From Felis catus (taxonomy: Eukaryota), in the NCBI RefSeq assembly GCF_018350175.1, contig NC_058368.1, positions 2,542,001 to 2,606,000 of the forward strand: a stretch of DNA of 64,000 nt, in the 5' to 3' direction. The translations under genes were made by a program, and so were the position numbers. How positions within the stretch are numbered: position 1 is the stretch's first letter; the number at the start of each line of letters is the position of its first letter. Below the pieces are notes generated by a model. That model saw nothing but the letters and a program-made list of their open reading frames with translations, did not search any database and was not told the origin of the DNA. Of this stretch, positions 46,941 through 59,719 are shown in pieces.

Positions 46941-47989
46941 CTCTCTGAAGCTTCATATTTTAAAGACTACTTCTCTTTGTTCTTGTTCCTATGGATCTTC
47001 TAGAGTATTTACCTGTTAAGGCCAAGGTCAAATATACCTTCTCAAGGAAGCCCTCTCTGGATACTTTAGCTCACCACATTCTCTTTTCAGAATTCCTATA
47101 CCCAGTGTTTAACCTCTAATTGCTCTCTGATGGTATCTTGTACATTAATTAGGTCTTCCTAGCTCATCTATGAGTTCCTTGGGGACAGCATGTGGGTCTT
47201 ATTTTTTTGTTTCTTTGTTTTTTATGTCTCCTACAATGTTTGCATTAATACTGTCCATATGTCACTCCATAATTTATATCCATTTATATCACTTCATAAA
47301 TTCTTCTCAACTGGGGTACCTACTGTTTACAGCTGAAATCACCCCCTCACATCTCAAGAATACTAATATTATCTTTTTTCTTGGGCTTTGTATCTTAGTT
47401 ATTGGTTTTTAAAAATTACAATTAAAATTTTAAATTAAGAAATAGGTATAAGAGATAAAAATAGATCTTGGGCTATTAGGGTTACCCATTTCTTCTTGTG
47501 AGCTTTGGCACATTGTGTCTTTCAAGGAATTTCTCCATATAACTTAAGTTGTTGGATTTATGGGCGTACTGTTGTTTGTAACATTCTCTTAACATCATTT
47601 TAGTATCTGCTCGATCTGTAGTGATGTTATATCCTTCAGTCCTGATACTGGTGATTTGTGTCTTCTCCTTTTTGCTCCTGGTCACTCTGGTTAATGGTTT
47701 CTTGATTTGGTTGTTCTTAAAAACCAGCTTGTGATCATCGATGATGGTTTTGTTTTTCATTTCATTGATGTCTGCTCTTATCTTTTTAATTTATTTTTCT
47801 TCCTATGTTGGGTCTAATTTGCTCTTCTTTTTTTATCTTTTAAAATGCAGATTGAAGTCCTTGGTTTGAAAACCTTCTTCTTTTCTAAGCTACGTATTTA
47901 GATGTATAAATTTGCCTCCCATGTTTTTATAAGTTGTGTCTTTATTTTCATTCAGTTCAGAATACACCCTAATTTCCTCCCCCTACTCC

Positions 47990-48240
47990 CAGGGGCTTAA
48001 AACACAAATTTATTATATACCCCTGGACGTTAGAAATCCAAAACCAGTCTTATTGGGCTGAGGTCAAGGTATCAACAGCACTAATTCCATCTGGAGACCC
48101 TAGGGGGTGCTATGTTTCCTAACCTTGTCCAGCTTTTAAACTGCCTGCATTCCTTGGCTTGTGGCCCCCTTCCATCTTCAAAAACAGCAGTGGCTGGTAG
48201 GGTCTTTCTCATATAGCACTATTCTCATTCTGCCTCTTTT
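47990..48240 (-). mobile_element. MaLR LTR fragment (MLT1C/D-like)
   Basis: ctgcctgcattccttggcttgtggccccttccatcttcaaa..cagca. Confidence 0.8.
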
Positions 48241-48259
48241 GCTTTGTGTGCCAAAAAAT

Positions 48260-49650
48260 ATCATAGAAAATGTACAGCTATTTTTGAGCATACAGTTTAC
48301 AGAGTTAAGTATATTCATTTTGTTATTGTGAAACAGACAGATCTCTAGGACTTCATCTTGCAGAACTGAAAGTCAGTATCTGTTACACAAATCCCCTTCC
48401 TCTCCCTCCCCTGATAATTAATATTCTACTTTCTGTTTCTATGAATTTGACTACTTTAAATACTTTGTATAAGTGAAAATATATAGCATTTGCCTTTTTG
48501 TGACTGGCTGATTTCACCTAGCACCTGTCTTCAAGTTTTATTTATGTTGCAGTGTGCGACAGAATTTCCTTCCTTCCTCCAAAAGGTTAAATAATATTCC
48601 GTTGTGTGTATATACCACATTTTGTTTACCCATTTATTCTTCCATTTATACATTTTGGTTGCTCCCACCTCTTGTCTATTGTGAATGTGCTGCCATGAGC
48701 ATGGGTGGGCAAGTATGTCTTTGAAAATTTGCTTTAATTCTTTTGGATATAGACACAGAAGTGGGATTGCTGTATCATACAGTATTTTTTTTTTTTAAGT
48801 TGAAATGTGGTTGACACACAATGTTGCCTTAATTCCAGGTGTACCACATAGTGATTTGACAACTCTATGTTATGCTCTGCTCATCACAAACGTAGCTACC
48901 ATCTGTCACCAGACAACACAATTACAATACCATCGACTATATTCCCTGTGCTGTTCCTTTCATCCTTGTGACTTATTTATTCCATAATTGGAAGCCTGTA
49001 CCTTCTAGTCCCCATCACTCATCTCACCCGTCTCCCCATGGTCTCCCCTCTGGCACTCATCAGGTTGTTCTCTGTCTTTATGAATCTCTTCTTGTATGGT
49101 AGTCTTATTTTTAATATTTTGAAGAACTTCCACATTGTTTTCCATAGTAGTTGCAGCATTTTATAATCCTACCAATGGTATATAAGCGTTCCAATTTCTT
49201 TACATCCTTGCCAACACTCATTCTTTTCTTTTTCTTTTCCTTTTATTAAATAGGAGCCATCTTAATAGATGTGAAATGGTATCTCACTGTGGTTTTGATT
49301 TGCATTTTTCTTGTCATTAATGATATTGAGCATCTTTTCATGTGCTTGCTGGCTTTCATATATCATCTTTAGAGAAATGTCTGTTCAAATTCTTTGTCAT
49401 TTTTCGATCAGACTACTTGATTTTTTTGTTGTTGTTAAGTTGTAGGAGTTCTTTATATATTCTGGATATTAACCCTTTATCAGATACATGATTTGCAAAT
49501 ATATTCTCCCATTCTGTAGGTTGCCTTTTCACTCAGTAGATTGTTTCCTTTGATGTGCAAAAGGTTTTAAGATTGATGTAGCCCCATTTATCTCTTTTTG
49601 TTTTTGTTGCCTGTGCTTTTGGTGTCACAGCCAAGAAATCATTGCCAATT
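48260..49650 (-). mobile_element. L1MA-type 3' fragment with a nested younger L1 3' end (about 48785-49092)
   Basis: 3'UTR and ORF2 end (ggtatctcactgtggttttgatttgcattt, tggatattaaccctttatcagata). A second poly-T-led L1 3'UTR is inserted at about 48785. Confidence 0.8.
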
Positions 49651-50329
49651 TAATTTCTCTTTTGATTTGTTCTTTGGTCCATGGGCCATTTAGTGGTTTG
49701 TTCATTTGTTTCAAAATACTTGGGAATTTTTTATATATCAGTTATTGATTTCTGCTTTAATTCAATATTAGACAGAGAATGTACTTTACATAGCTTGCAT
49801 CCTTTTACATATATGGAGACTTGGTGTTTGGCCCAGAACATGATCAATTTGAGTAAATGTTCAGGTACACTTGGAAAGAATGTGCATTCTGCTGTTGTTG
49901 GGTAGAATGTCCAATAAAAATGAATTAGGTCAAGTTATTTGATAGCATTGTTCAAATCTTCTGCATCTATATCCTTTTTTAAAAATTTGTATTTATTTTT
50001 TATTTTTTTGTTTTTTAATATAACTTATTGTTAAATTGGCTAACGTACAGTGAGTAAAGTTTGCTCTTGGTTTTTGGGGTAGATTCCCTTGGTTCATTGC
50101 TTACCTACAATACCCAGTGCTCATTCCAACAACTGCTTTCCTCAATGCCCATCACCCATTTTCCCCTCTCTCCCACACCCCCATCCACCCTCAGTTTGTT
50201 CTCTGTATTTAAGAGTCTCTTAGGGTTTGCTTCCCTCCCTCTCTGTTTGTGACTATTTTTTTTCCCACTTCCCTTCCCTCATGGTCTTCTGTTAAGTTTC
50301 TCAAGATCCACATATGAGTGAAAACATAT

Positions 50330-53300
50330 GGTCTCTGTCTTTCTCTGACTGACTTATTTCACTAATCATAATACCTTCCAGTTCCATCCGTGGTGCTGCA
50401 AATGGCATGGTTTCATTCTTTCTCATTGCCAAGTAGTATTCCATTGCGTATATAAACCACATCTTCTTTATCCATTCATCAGTTGATGGACATTTAGGCT
50501 CTTTCCATAATTTGGCTATTGTTGAAAGTGCTGCTATAAACCTTGGGGTACATGTGACCCTATGAACAGCACTCCTATATCTTTTGGATAAATTCCTAGT
50601 AGTGCTATTGCTGGACTGTAGGGTATTTCTATTTTTAATTTTCTGAGGACCCTCCACGCTGTTTTCTAGAGCGGCTGCACCAGTTTGCATTCCCACCAAC
50701 AGTGCAGGAGGGTTCCCGTTTCTCCACATCCTTGCCAGCATCTGTTGTTTCCTGAGTTGTTCATTTTAGCCACTCAGACTGGTGTGAGGTTGTATCTCAT
50801 TGTGGTTTTGATTTGTATTTCCCTGATGATGAGTGATGTTGAACATCTTTTCATGGCTGTTGGCCATCTGGATGACTTCTTTGGGAAAGTGTCTCTTCAT
50901 GTCTTCTGCCCATTTATTCACTGGATTATTTGTTTTTCAGGCGTTGAGTTTGGTAAGTTCTTTATAGATTTTGGATACTAACCCTTTATCCGATATGGCA
51001 TTTGCAAATATCTTTTCCCATTCTGTCAGATGCCTTTTAGTTCTGTTGATTGTTTCCTTTGCAGTGAAGAAGATTTTTATCTTGATGAGATTCCAATAGT
51101 TCATTATTGCTTTTAATTCCCTTGCCTTTGGAGATGTGTCGAGCAAGAAATTGCTGCAGCTGAGGGCAAAGAGGTTGTTGCCTTCTTTCTCCTCTAGGGT
51201 TTTGATGGTTTCCTGTCTCACACTTAGGTCTTTCATCCATTTTGAGTTTATTTTTTATGTATGGTGTGAGACAGTTCCTGTATGTCTCTGTATGTTGCTG
51301 TCCAGTACTCCCAGCACCATTTGCTGAAGAGACTGTCTTTTTTCCATTGGATACTCTTCCTTGCTTTGTCAAAGATTAGTTGGACATACATTTGTGGGTC
51401 CAATTCTGGGTTCTCTATTCTATTCCACTGGTCTATGTGTTGGTTTTTGTGCCAATACCATACGTCTTGATGATTACAGCTTTGTAGGAGAGGCTAATGT
51501 CTGGGATTGTGATGCCTCCCACGTTAGTTTTCTTTTTCAATATTATGTTGCCTATTCAGGATCTTTTGTGGTTCCATACAAATTTTAGGATTGCTTGCTC
51601 TAGCTTTGGGAAGAATACCTGTGCAATTTTGATTGGATTGTATTGAATGTATAGATTGCTTTGGGTAGTATTGACATATTAACAATATTTCTTCTTCTGA
51701 TTCATGAGCATGGAATGTTTTTCCATTTCTTTGGGTCTTCTTCCATTTCCTTCATAAGTTTTCTATCATTTTCAGCATACAGATATTTTACATCTTTGTT
51801 TACGTTTATTCCTAGGTATTTTATGGTTCTTGGTGTAATTGTAAATGGGATCAGTTTCTTGATTTCCCTTTCTGTTGCTTCATTATTTGTGTATGGAAGT
51901 GCAACTGATTTCTGTACATTGATTATGTACCCTGCAACTTTGCCTAATTCATGTATCAGTTCCAGAGCCTTTTGATGGAGTCTTTTGGGTTTTCCATGTA
52001 GAGTAACATGTCATCTGCAAAAAGTGAAAGTTTGACTTCTTCTTTGCCAATTTTGATGCCTTTGATTTCATTTTGTTGTCTGATTGCTGTTGCTAATACT
52101 TCTAACACTATGTTAAACAACAGTGGTGAGAGTGGACATCCCTGTCATGTTCTTGATCTCAGGGGGAAAGCTCTCAGTTTTTCCTCATTGAGGATGATAT
52201 TAGCTGTGGGCTTTTCATAAATGGCTTTTATGATGTTTAAGTATATTCCTTCCATCCCAACTTTCTCGAGGGTTTTTATTAAGAAAGGATGCTGTATTTT
52301 GTCAAATGCCTTTTCTGCATCGATTGACAGAATCATATGGTTTTTATCCTTTCTTTTATTAATGTGGTGTATCACATTGATAGATTTGTGAATATTGAAC
52401 CAGCCGTGCAGACCAGGAATGAATCCCACTTGATTATGGTGAATAATTCTTTTTATATGTCGTTGAATTTGATTTGCTAGCATCTTGTTGAGAATTTTTG
52501 CATCCACGTTCATCAGGGATATTGGCCTGTAATTCTCCTTTTTTGTGGGGTCTCTGGTGTGGGAATCAAGGTAAGGCTGGCTTTATAGAATGAGTCCAGA
52601 AGTTTTCCTTCTGTTTCTACTTTTTGGAACAGCTTGAGAAGGATAGGTATTAACTCTGCTTTAAATGTTTGGTAGAATTCCCCTGGGAAGCCGTCTGGCC
52701 TAGGACTCTTACTTGTTGGGAGATTTTTGATAACTGATTCAATTTCTTCACTAGTTATGGGTCTGTTCAAATTTTCTATTTTTCCCCATTTGAGTTTTGG
52801 TAGTGTGTGGGTGTCTAGGAGTTTGTCCATTTCTTTCAGATTGTCCAACTTGTTGGCGTATAATTTTTCATAGTATTCTCTGATGATTTCTTGTATTTCT
52901 GAGGGATTGGTTGTGATAAATTCATTTTAATTCATGATTTTATCTATTTGGGTGCTCTCTCTCTCTTTTGAGAAGTCTGGCTAGGGGTTTATCAATTTTG
53001 TTTATTTTTTCAACAAACCATTTCTTAGTTTCAGTGATCTGTTCTACTGTTTTTTTTTTTTAATTCTATGTTGTTTATTTCTGCTCTGATATTTATTATT
53101 TCTCTTCTTCTGCTGGCCTTGGGGTTTCTTTGTTGTTCTGCTTCTAGTTCCTTTAGGTGTGCTGTTACATTTTGTATTTGGGATTTTTCTTGTTTCTTGA
53201 GATATGCCTGGACTGCTCTCTTAAGAGTGCCTTTGCTGCATCCCAAAGGGTTTGGACAATTGTGTTTTCATTTTCATTTGTTTCCATATATTTTTTAATT

Positions 53301-54105
53301 TCTTCTTTAATTGCCTGGTTGACCCCTTAATTCTTTAGTAGGATGTTTTTTAGCCTCCATCCATTTGGAGGTTTTCCAAACTTTATCCTGTGGTTAATTC
53401 AAGTTTCGTAACATTGTGATCTGAAAATGTGCATGGTATGATCTCAATTCTTTCATATTTATTGAGGGCTATTTTGTGTCTCAGTATGTGATCTATCTTG
53501 GAGAATGTTCCATGTGTACTGGAGAAGAATGTGTATTCTGCTGCTTGAGTATAAAAAGTTCTGAATATATCTGTGAAGTCCATCTGGTCCAGTGTATCAT
53601 TCAGGGCCATTGTTTCTTCATTGATTTTCTGTCTAGATGATCTGTCCATTGTTGTAAGTGGAGTATTAAAGTCCCCTGCAATTACCACATTCTTGCCAAT
53701 AAGATTGCTTATATTTGTGATTGTTTTATTATTTTGGTGCTTCTGAATTTGGTGCATAAACATTTATAATTGTTAGCTCTTCTTGATGGATAGACCCCGT
53801 AATTATGATATAATGTTCTTCTTCATCTCTTGTTGCAGCCTTTAGTTTAAAATCTAGTTTGTCTGATATAAGTATGGTTATTCCAGCTTTCTTTTGACTT
53901 CCAGTAGCATGATAGATGGTTTTCCATCTCCTCACTTTCAGTGTGAAGGTATCCTCAGGTCTCAAATGGGTCTCTTGTAGACAGCAAATAGATGGGTCTT
54001 GTTTTTTTTTTTTTTTTTAATTTTTATATCCATTCTGATACCCTATGTCTTGTGATTGGAGCATTTAGTTCATTTATCTTCAGTGTTATTATTGACAGAT
54101 ATTGT
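50330..54105 (-). pseudogene. Disrupted L1 ORF2 (endonuclease/reverse transcriptase)
   Basis: Consecutive minus-strand ORF pieces 53965-53729, 53763-53383, 53246-53031, 52848-52513, 52513-52145, 51236-50937 and 50741-50301, in different frames. Confidence 0.9.
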
Positions 54106-54910
54106 GTTATCTGTAGGTTTCATGCTTGTAGTGATGTCTCTGGTCCTTTGTGGCCTTTGCAACATTTCATTCACAGGGTCCCCCTTAGGCTCTCTTGTAG
54201 GGCTAGTTTAGTGGTGATGAATTCCTTCAGTTTTTGTTTGTCTGGGAAAACCTTTATCTCTCCTTCTATTCTGAATGACAGGCTTGCTGGATAAAGGATT
54301 CTTGGTTGCATATTTTTCCTATTCAGCACATTGAAAATTTCCTGCCCTCCTTTCTGGCCTGCCAAGTTTCAGTAGATAGGTCTGCTACTACCCTTATGTG
54401 TCTACCTTGTAGGTTAAGGCCTGTTTGTCCTTAGCTACTTTCAGAATTCTCTTTATCTTTGTATTTTGCCAGTTTCACTATGATATGTTGTACAGAAGAT
54501 CGATTCAAGTTACGTCTGAAGGGACTTCTCTGTGCTTCCTGGATCTCAATGTCTGTTTCCTTCCCCAGACTGGGGAAGTTCTGGCTATGATTTGTTCAAG
54601 TGCGCCTTCAGCCCCTTTTTCTCGCTCTTCTTCTGGAACTCCTATGATACAGATATTGTTCCATTTCATTGAATCACTTAGTTCTCTAATTCTCCCTTTG
54701 TGGTCCAGAATTTTTTTTAATCTCTGTGTTTTTTTGGCCTCATCTTTTTCCATAACTTTATCTTCTATTTCACCTATTCTCTCCTCTGCCTCTCCAGTCC
54801 CCACGATAACCACCTCTAGTTTATTTTGCACCTCATTTACAACATTTTTAAATTCATCGTGACTATTTTTTAGTTCCTTGATCTCTGCAGCAATAGATTC
54901 TCTACTGTTT

Positions 54911-54954
<44 letters not shown>

Positions 54955-55353
54955 TCATGTTTGTTTATTTATTTATTTATTTATTTTATTTATTAAAAAA
55001 ATTTTTTTTAACGTTTATTTATTTTTGAGACAGAGAGAGTCAGAGCATGAACAGGGGAGGGTCAGAGAGAGGGAGACACAGAATGCGAAACAGGCTCCAG
55101 GCTCCGAGCTGTCAGCGCAGAACCCGACGCGGAGCTCGAAGTCACAAACCGCTCGAACTCACAAACCAAACTCACAAAGGGTCAGAGAGAGGGAGACACA
55201 GAATCTGAAACAGGCTCCAGGCTCCGAGCTGTCAGCACAGAGCCCGACGCGGGGCATGAACTCACAAACCGCGAACTCACAAACTCATGAACTCACAAAT
55301 CATGACCTGAGCCGAAGTCGGCCGCTTAACCGACTGAGCCACCCAGGCGCCCC
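54911..55353 (-). mobile_element. CAN-SINE with internal ~120-bp tandem duplication and (TTTC)n/(TTTA)n tail
   Basis: The segment gggtcagagagagggagacacagaat...cccgacgcgg...tcacaaaccgc occurs at about 55059 and about 55179. Confidence 0.9.
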
Positions 55354-55556
55354 TATGTTTTATTTTTGAGATAGGGAGAGAGACAGAGTGTGAGTGGGGG
55401 AGGGACACAGAGACAGAGGGAGACACAGAATCTGAAGCAGGCTCCAGGCTCTGAGCTGTCAGCACAGAGCCCAACGTGGGGCTCAAACTAACAGATTGGG
55501 GATCATGACCTGAGCTCAAGTTGGACGCCCAACCAACTGAGCCACCCAGGTGTCCC
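55354..55556 (-). mobile_element. CAN-SINE (tandem with the previous element)
   Basis: Canonical body ending gagccacccaggtgtccc. Confidence 0.93.
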
Positions 55557-58514
55557 TCTATGCTTTTCTTCAAGCCCAGTGATTAATCTTATGACTATTA
55601 TTCTAAATTCTTGTTCAGTTATATTGTTTATATCTGTTTTGATCAATTCTTTAGCTGTCATTTATTCCTGGGATATCTTTTGAGAGAATTCTTCCACTTT
55701 ATAATTCCGGCTAGGTTTTTGTCCCTTATGTGTTTTAAAGCTTGTCATGTCCCCTGCTCCTGTGAGCACTAGTATATTAAAGAGGGGTCATACACTGTCC
55801 AGGGCCTGGCCCTTCAGCAGGTATTTTTTGGGAAGTGTTACTTGCTTTCTGCTGTGACTTTGCTTACTTTATCTCCCTATTGTAGTGATGTTTTGGACCC
55901 TCCACCAGGCGTGCTTTGATTTGTTCATTGAAGTAGCCTTGGAAAAGAAAATAAACAAAGAAAAAACAAACAACAAATAAAAACAAACAAGCCAAAGAAA
56001 AACAAAAACCAGAAACACCAGCTACAAGTAAACAACAGGGTGGAAGCGGAGCTGATGGAAGAGGCCTTATCCCATCCAAGGATTGAAATGGGGCAGAGAA
56101 AAAGAAAAGAAAAGAAAATGACCAGACATGGAATCTATAAGACTTAGTCCAGAGAGAGAGAGAGAGCAAAATAAAGAAGGAGGGGTAGAACATATATCAA
56201 GAGAATGGATCAAACATGTCTCCTTAAACAAACCAACAACCAGAATAACCAGCCCAGAGGACAGAAGAGATAAGAAGGAGAAAAGGAAGAAAAAAAATAT
56301 ATATAATAAGAATTGTCTGAGAATTACATCAGGCAGTGCAAAACCGCCGGGTGCCTTGGAAGTGGTGGCAGCCCTGGTCTGCAGGAGGGGCTGTCCAGTT
56401 CGTCACTGTGAATCCCACTCCAGTAGATCCGCAGTTAGCCGGCATGGAAGGGCATGGTTTGGTGTGGGTGGGTCCCACCTCCCCTGTGGGCCTGCTGTCC
56501 ATTCCCTGAGGTCTCACCTTGGTGGTGAGGGGGAGGAAAATGGCAACACCCCAGTCTCTCCTCCCTGGACCTGGTGTCCCAAACCACCCTATTCAGGCTG
56601 TCCTCACTGTGCTATGGGCATGAACGAGGCGGTTTGTGCCGTTCCACTGACTCCCTCACCTCCCTGGTGCTCTGCTGGGATTCACACCCTGATATCTTTA
56701 AGGGTCCTGCTCCATCCGCCCCAGTTTCCAGGATGTGCTGCTCCTTGGAGCAGATATATACCTTCTTCCCACAGCACTCCAGGGAGGTGATCTCTTTCTC
56801 CCACTGCAGACTGCACCCCTGACCTACCACGGAGCCTGGGGATGGCTCCCCTCCTCCCCAGGTGCACGATCTGGGCAGCCGGCCCCAGTTTGGAGAACAC
56901 CTGGCAGTTAGACATTGGATCTTTGTCCAGGTCTGTGGTTTTTCTCTTGTCCAAATACAGTCCTACGCTTCCCCAGCCTCTTTTTCTCTTCCCTTTGTCT
57001 CACCGCAGAAGGGGATCCTTTCCCTCCGTTCATTTTATCTCTCCCAGTTTGCAATCAGGCACCTATGGCCCATCAGGTTGTCCCGGTGGGTCCCTGGAGA
57101 CATCTCTGCTACTTTGCCGCCCAGACTCTTGGTGTTCAAAGTCCTTTGCCCTCCCCCGCTCCCCCATCTATATCCTTATTGATTTTCTGCTTACTTGTTC
57201 TGTCAGTTATTGAGAGGAGGATGCTGAATCTGCAAATGTAAATGTGGGCTTGTCTATTTCTCCTTGCAGTTCTGTCATTTTTATTCATGTATTCTGGAGC
57301 TTTTCTTAGGTACATAAACATTTTGGATTTTTATGTTCTCCTGATGAATTGAACCTTTTGTTACTATGAAATGGCTTTTACTCTTGGTAATATTCTTTGC
57401 TCTGAAATGTACTTTGTCTGATACTAATATAGTCAATTCAACTTTTGATTAGTAAGAGCTTATTATGCCTTTTTTTCATCTTTTTACTTTTAACCAACTT
57501 GCATCTTTATGTTTAAAATGTGTTTCTTGTAGGCAACACATAGTTGAATCTTGCTTTTTTTTATTTTTTAAATTCAATCTCTGCCTTTTAAATAAGGCAT
57601 TTAAAATGCTTATATTTAATGTGATTATTGGTATGGCATTGTTTAAATCTACTATCCAGCTATTTGTTTTCTATTTGTCCCGTCTGTTTTTTATTTCTTT
57701 TTCCCTTTTTGTATGGCTTCTTTTGGATTAACTGATTTTTAAAATTCTGTTTACCCCCTTTGTTGGCTTACGAGCTGTAAGTTTTGTTTATTATTTTGTG
57801 GTTGGTGTGGGATACATAGTCTACTTTCAAGTTATATACCATGTTGTGTGTAGGATAAGAACTTTATAACAATATATGTCCATTCTTCTCTTTTTGGTCT
57901 TTGTGTTATTGTTGTCATACATTTTACTTATGTTATCAGCTCCATAGTGCATTGTCATTATTTTTGTTCTGACCAGTTAGTTTTTAAAGAGATGTTAAAA
58001 ATGGGAAAAAATATCTTGTATTTCTCATATTTTATTTTTGGTGCTCTTAATTTTTTTTGTTTAGGTTCATATTTCCATCTTGTACCATTTTCCTTTTGAT
58101 TGAAGGACTTAAAATGTTTTTTACAGTGCAAGTCTGCTGGTGATGACTTATTTCAGCTTTTGTATATTTGAAAAATACTTTATTTCTCTTAATTTTTGGA
58201 ACTTCTTTTTGTTTGCTATAGAATTCCAGGTTGGTGGTCTTCTTTTCTCATATTTTCACTTTCAGAGGTTTGATGTGGATCTTTAAAAAAAAAATCTCCC
58301 ATGTTGCTATTTAACATACAAATCTTTTAGTTTCCTGAACATATAGAATACAGCTAAGTCACTGTTTTAATGTCTGTACTAATCTGAACACTTCTAAGTT
58401 TGTTTCTACTGATTGTTTTCTAACCATGGGTTCTTGGCATGCCTGGTAATTTTTGATTAGATATTGGGCATTGTAAGTTTTATCCATTGGTATGATCGAT
58501 ATAGTTGTATTTCT

Positions 58515-58767
58515 TTTTTTTTTTTTTTTCAAGGATGATGTTCCTGTATTTTAAATTTTTTTTTTCAACGTTTATTTATTTTTGGGACAGAGAGAGACAG
58601 AGCATGAACGGGGGAGGGGCAGAGAGAGAGGGAGACAAGAATCGGAAACAGGCTCCAGGCTCTGAGCCATCAGCCCAGAGCCCGACGTGGGGCTCGAACT
58701 CACGGATCATGAGATCGTGACCTGGCTGAAGTCAGACGCTTAACCGACTGCGCCACCCAGGCGCCCC
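58515..58767 (-). mobile_element. Young SINEC_Fc with a double A-tail enclosing extra unique sequence
   Basis: 17-bp TSD gatatagttgtatttct at 58498-58514 and 58768-58784. Confidence 0.95.
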
Positions 58768-59095
58768 GATATAGTTGTATTTCTATAAATATTCTTGAGA
58801 TTCATTCTGGCTATGGAACAATTATGTAGAAGTGTCTTGATGTTTTTAGGGCTTGCTTTAAAAGTTTTTAAAGCATGACTAGAGCCATCCTTCAATATAG
58901 GGTTAGTTTTTGCCCTCTGCTGAGGAAATGCTCCACTGAGTATGTGACCTGATAATTCATGAATTATGAAGTTTTCCATTCTGGCTAATGGGAACACAAA
59001 TTATTTATGAGTCTGTGTAAGCCCCAGGGATGGTTCTCTCTGCTCCTTTTGGGTATTTATTTCCTTAGTCATGATAGTTTGCTCACATGCATGTT

Positions 59096-59121
59096 ATTTT
59101 TTTAATGTTTATTTATTTATT

Positions 59122-59164
<43 letters not shown>

Positions 59165-59326
59165 ACAAGCAGGGAAGAGGCAGAGGAAGAGGGAGAGACA
59201 GAATCCTAAGCAGGCTCCATGACCAGTGCAGAGCCCAATGTGGGGCTTGATCCCACCACCATCAGATCATAACTTGAGCTGAAATCAACAGTTGGTTGCT
59301 TAACCAACTGAGTCACCAGGTGCCCC
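59096..59326 (-). mobile_element. CAN-SINE (older) with (GA)n
   Basis: TSD ctca(c/t)atgcatgtt. Confidence 0.92.
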
Positions 59327-59719
59327 TCCTCATATGCATGTTCTTGTCAGAACTTAGCTGAACGAAGAAGGCTCCAGGGATTTCCCTCTGTTCAGCCCTC
59401 TCCTCTCCAGTACTTTGCTTGGCAAGCTCTAGCTGCCTTGGTTTTCCTGGACTTATAGCTCCATTTCCTCAGCTCAGGGGGACTTCATGGTGCCGCCTGC
59501 ATTCCTTATCAGTGCATTGTGGCCTCGAAACCCTCTTGAGACAGTAAGCTTGCCTCATATTTCCTCTTTCAGGAATCACTGACTTGTGCTGTCTGATGTT
59601 TAATTTGTGAAAACTCTTTTTCATTTATTTTGTTTAGTTTTTAGTAGTTTCTGGTGGGAGGGTTAACCTGATCCTTGTTAGTCTATTTTTGCTAGTAATG
59701 GGATTTTTATTACCATATA

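Larger units (their letters stand above)
45450..47220 (+). mobile_element. Fragmented L2 remnant hosting a SINE and an LTR
   Basis: Pyrimidine-rich L2 phrases (tctaaaaccgaactgg, tcttcaagattcatttcaaatatca, ggtcaaatataccttctcaaggaagccct). Confidence 0.55.
49977..57164 (-). mobile_element. Full-length carnivore/felid LINE-1 (5'UTR, ORF1, ORF2, 3'UTR), inactivated
   Basis: Perfect 13-bp TSD catctatatcctt at 49964-49976 and 57165-57177. EN motif GDFNTPL...SKIDH (53383-53763), RT region HNQVGFIPG...[15 protein letters not shown] (52145-52513), ORF1 NMQPRILYPASLSF. Many frameshifts; SINEs inside ORF1. Confidence 0.95.
47480..59700 (-). mobile_element. Ancient L1 (L1M-type) host element, split by MLT1, L1MA, a full-length carnivore L1 and SINEs
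   Basis: ORF2 remnants at 47482-47980 (EKFLERHNVPKLT), 49650-49976 and 57165-57750 are collinear across the insertions. ORF1/5' remnants extend to about 59700. Confidence 0.75.

Noticed and set aside
50301..54831. Reverse transcriptase, endonuclease and ORF1 peptides as an active or novel RT system
   Set aside because: Ordinary LINE-1 ORF1/ORF2 broken by many frameshifts.
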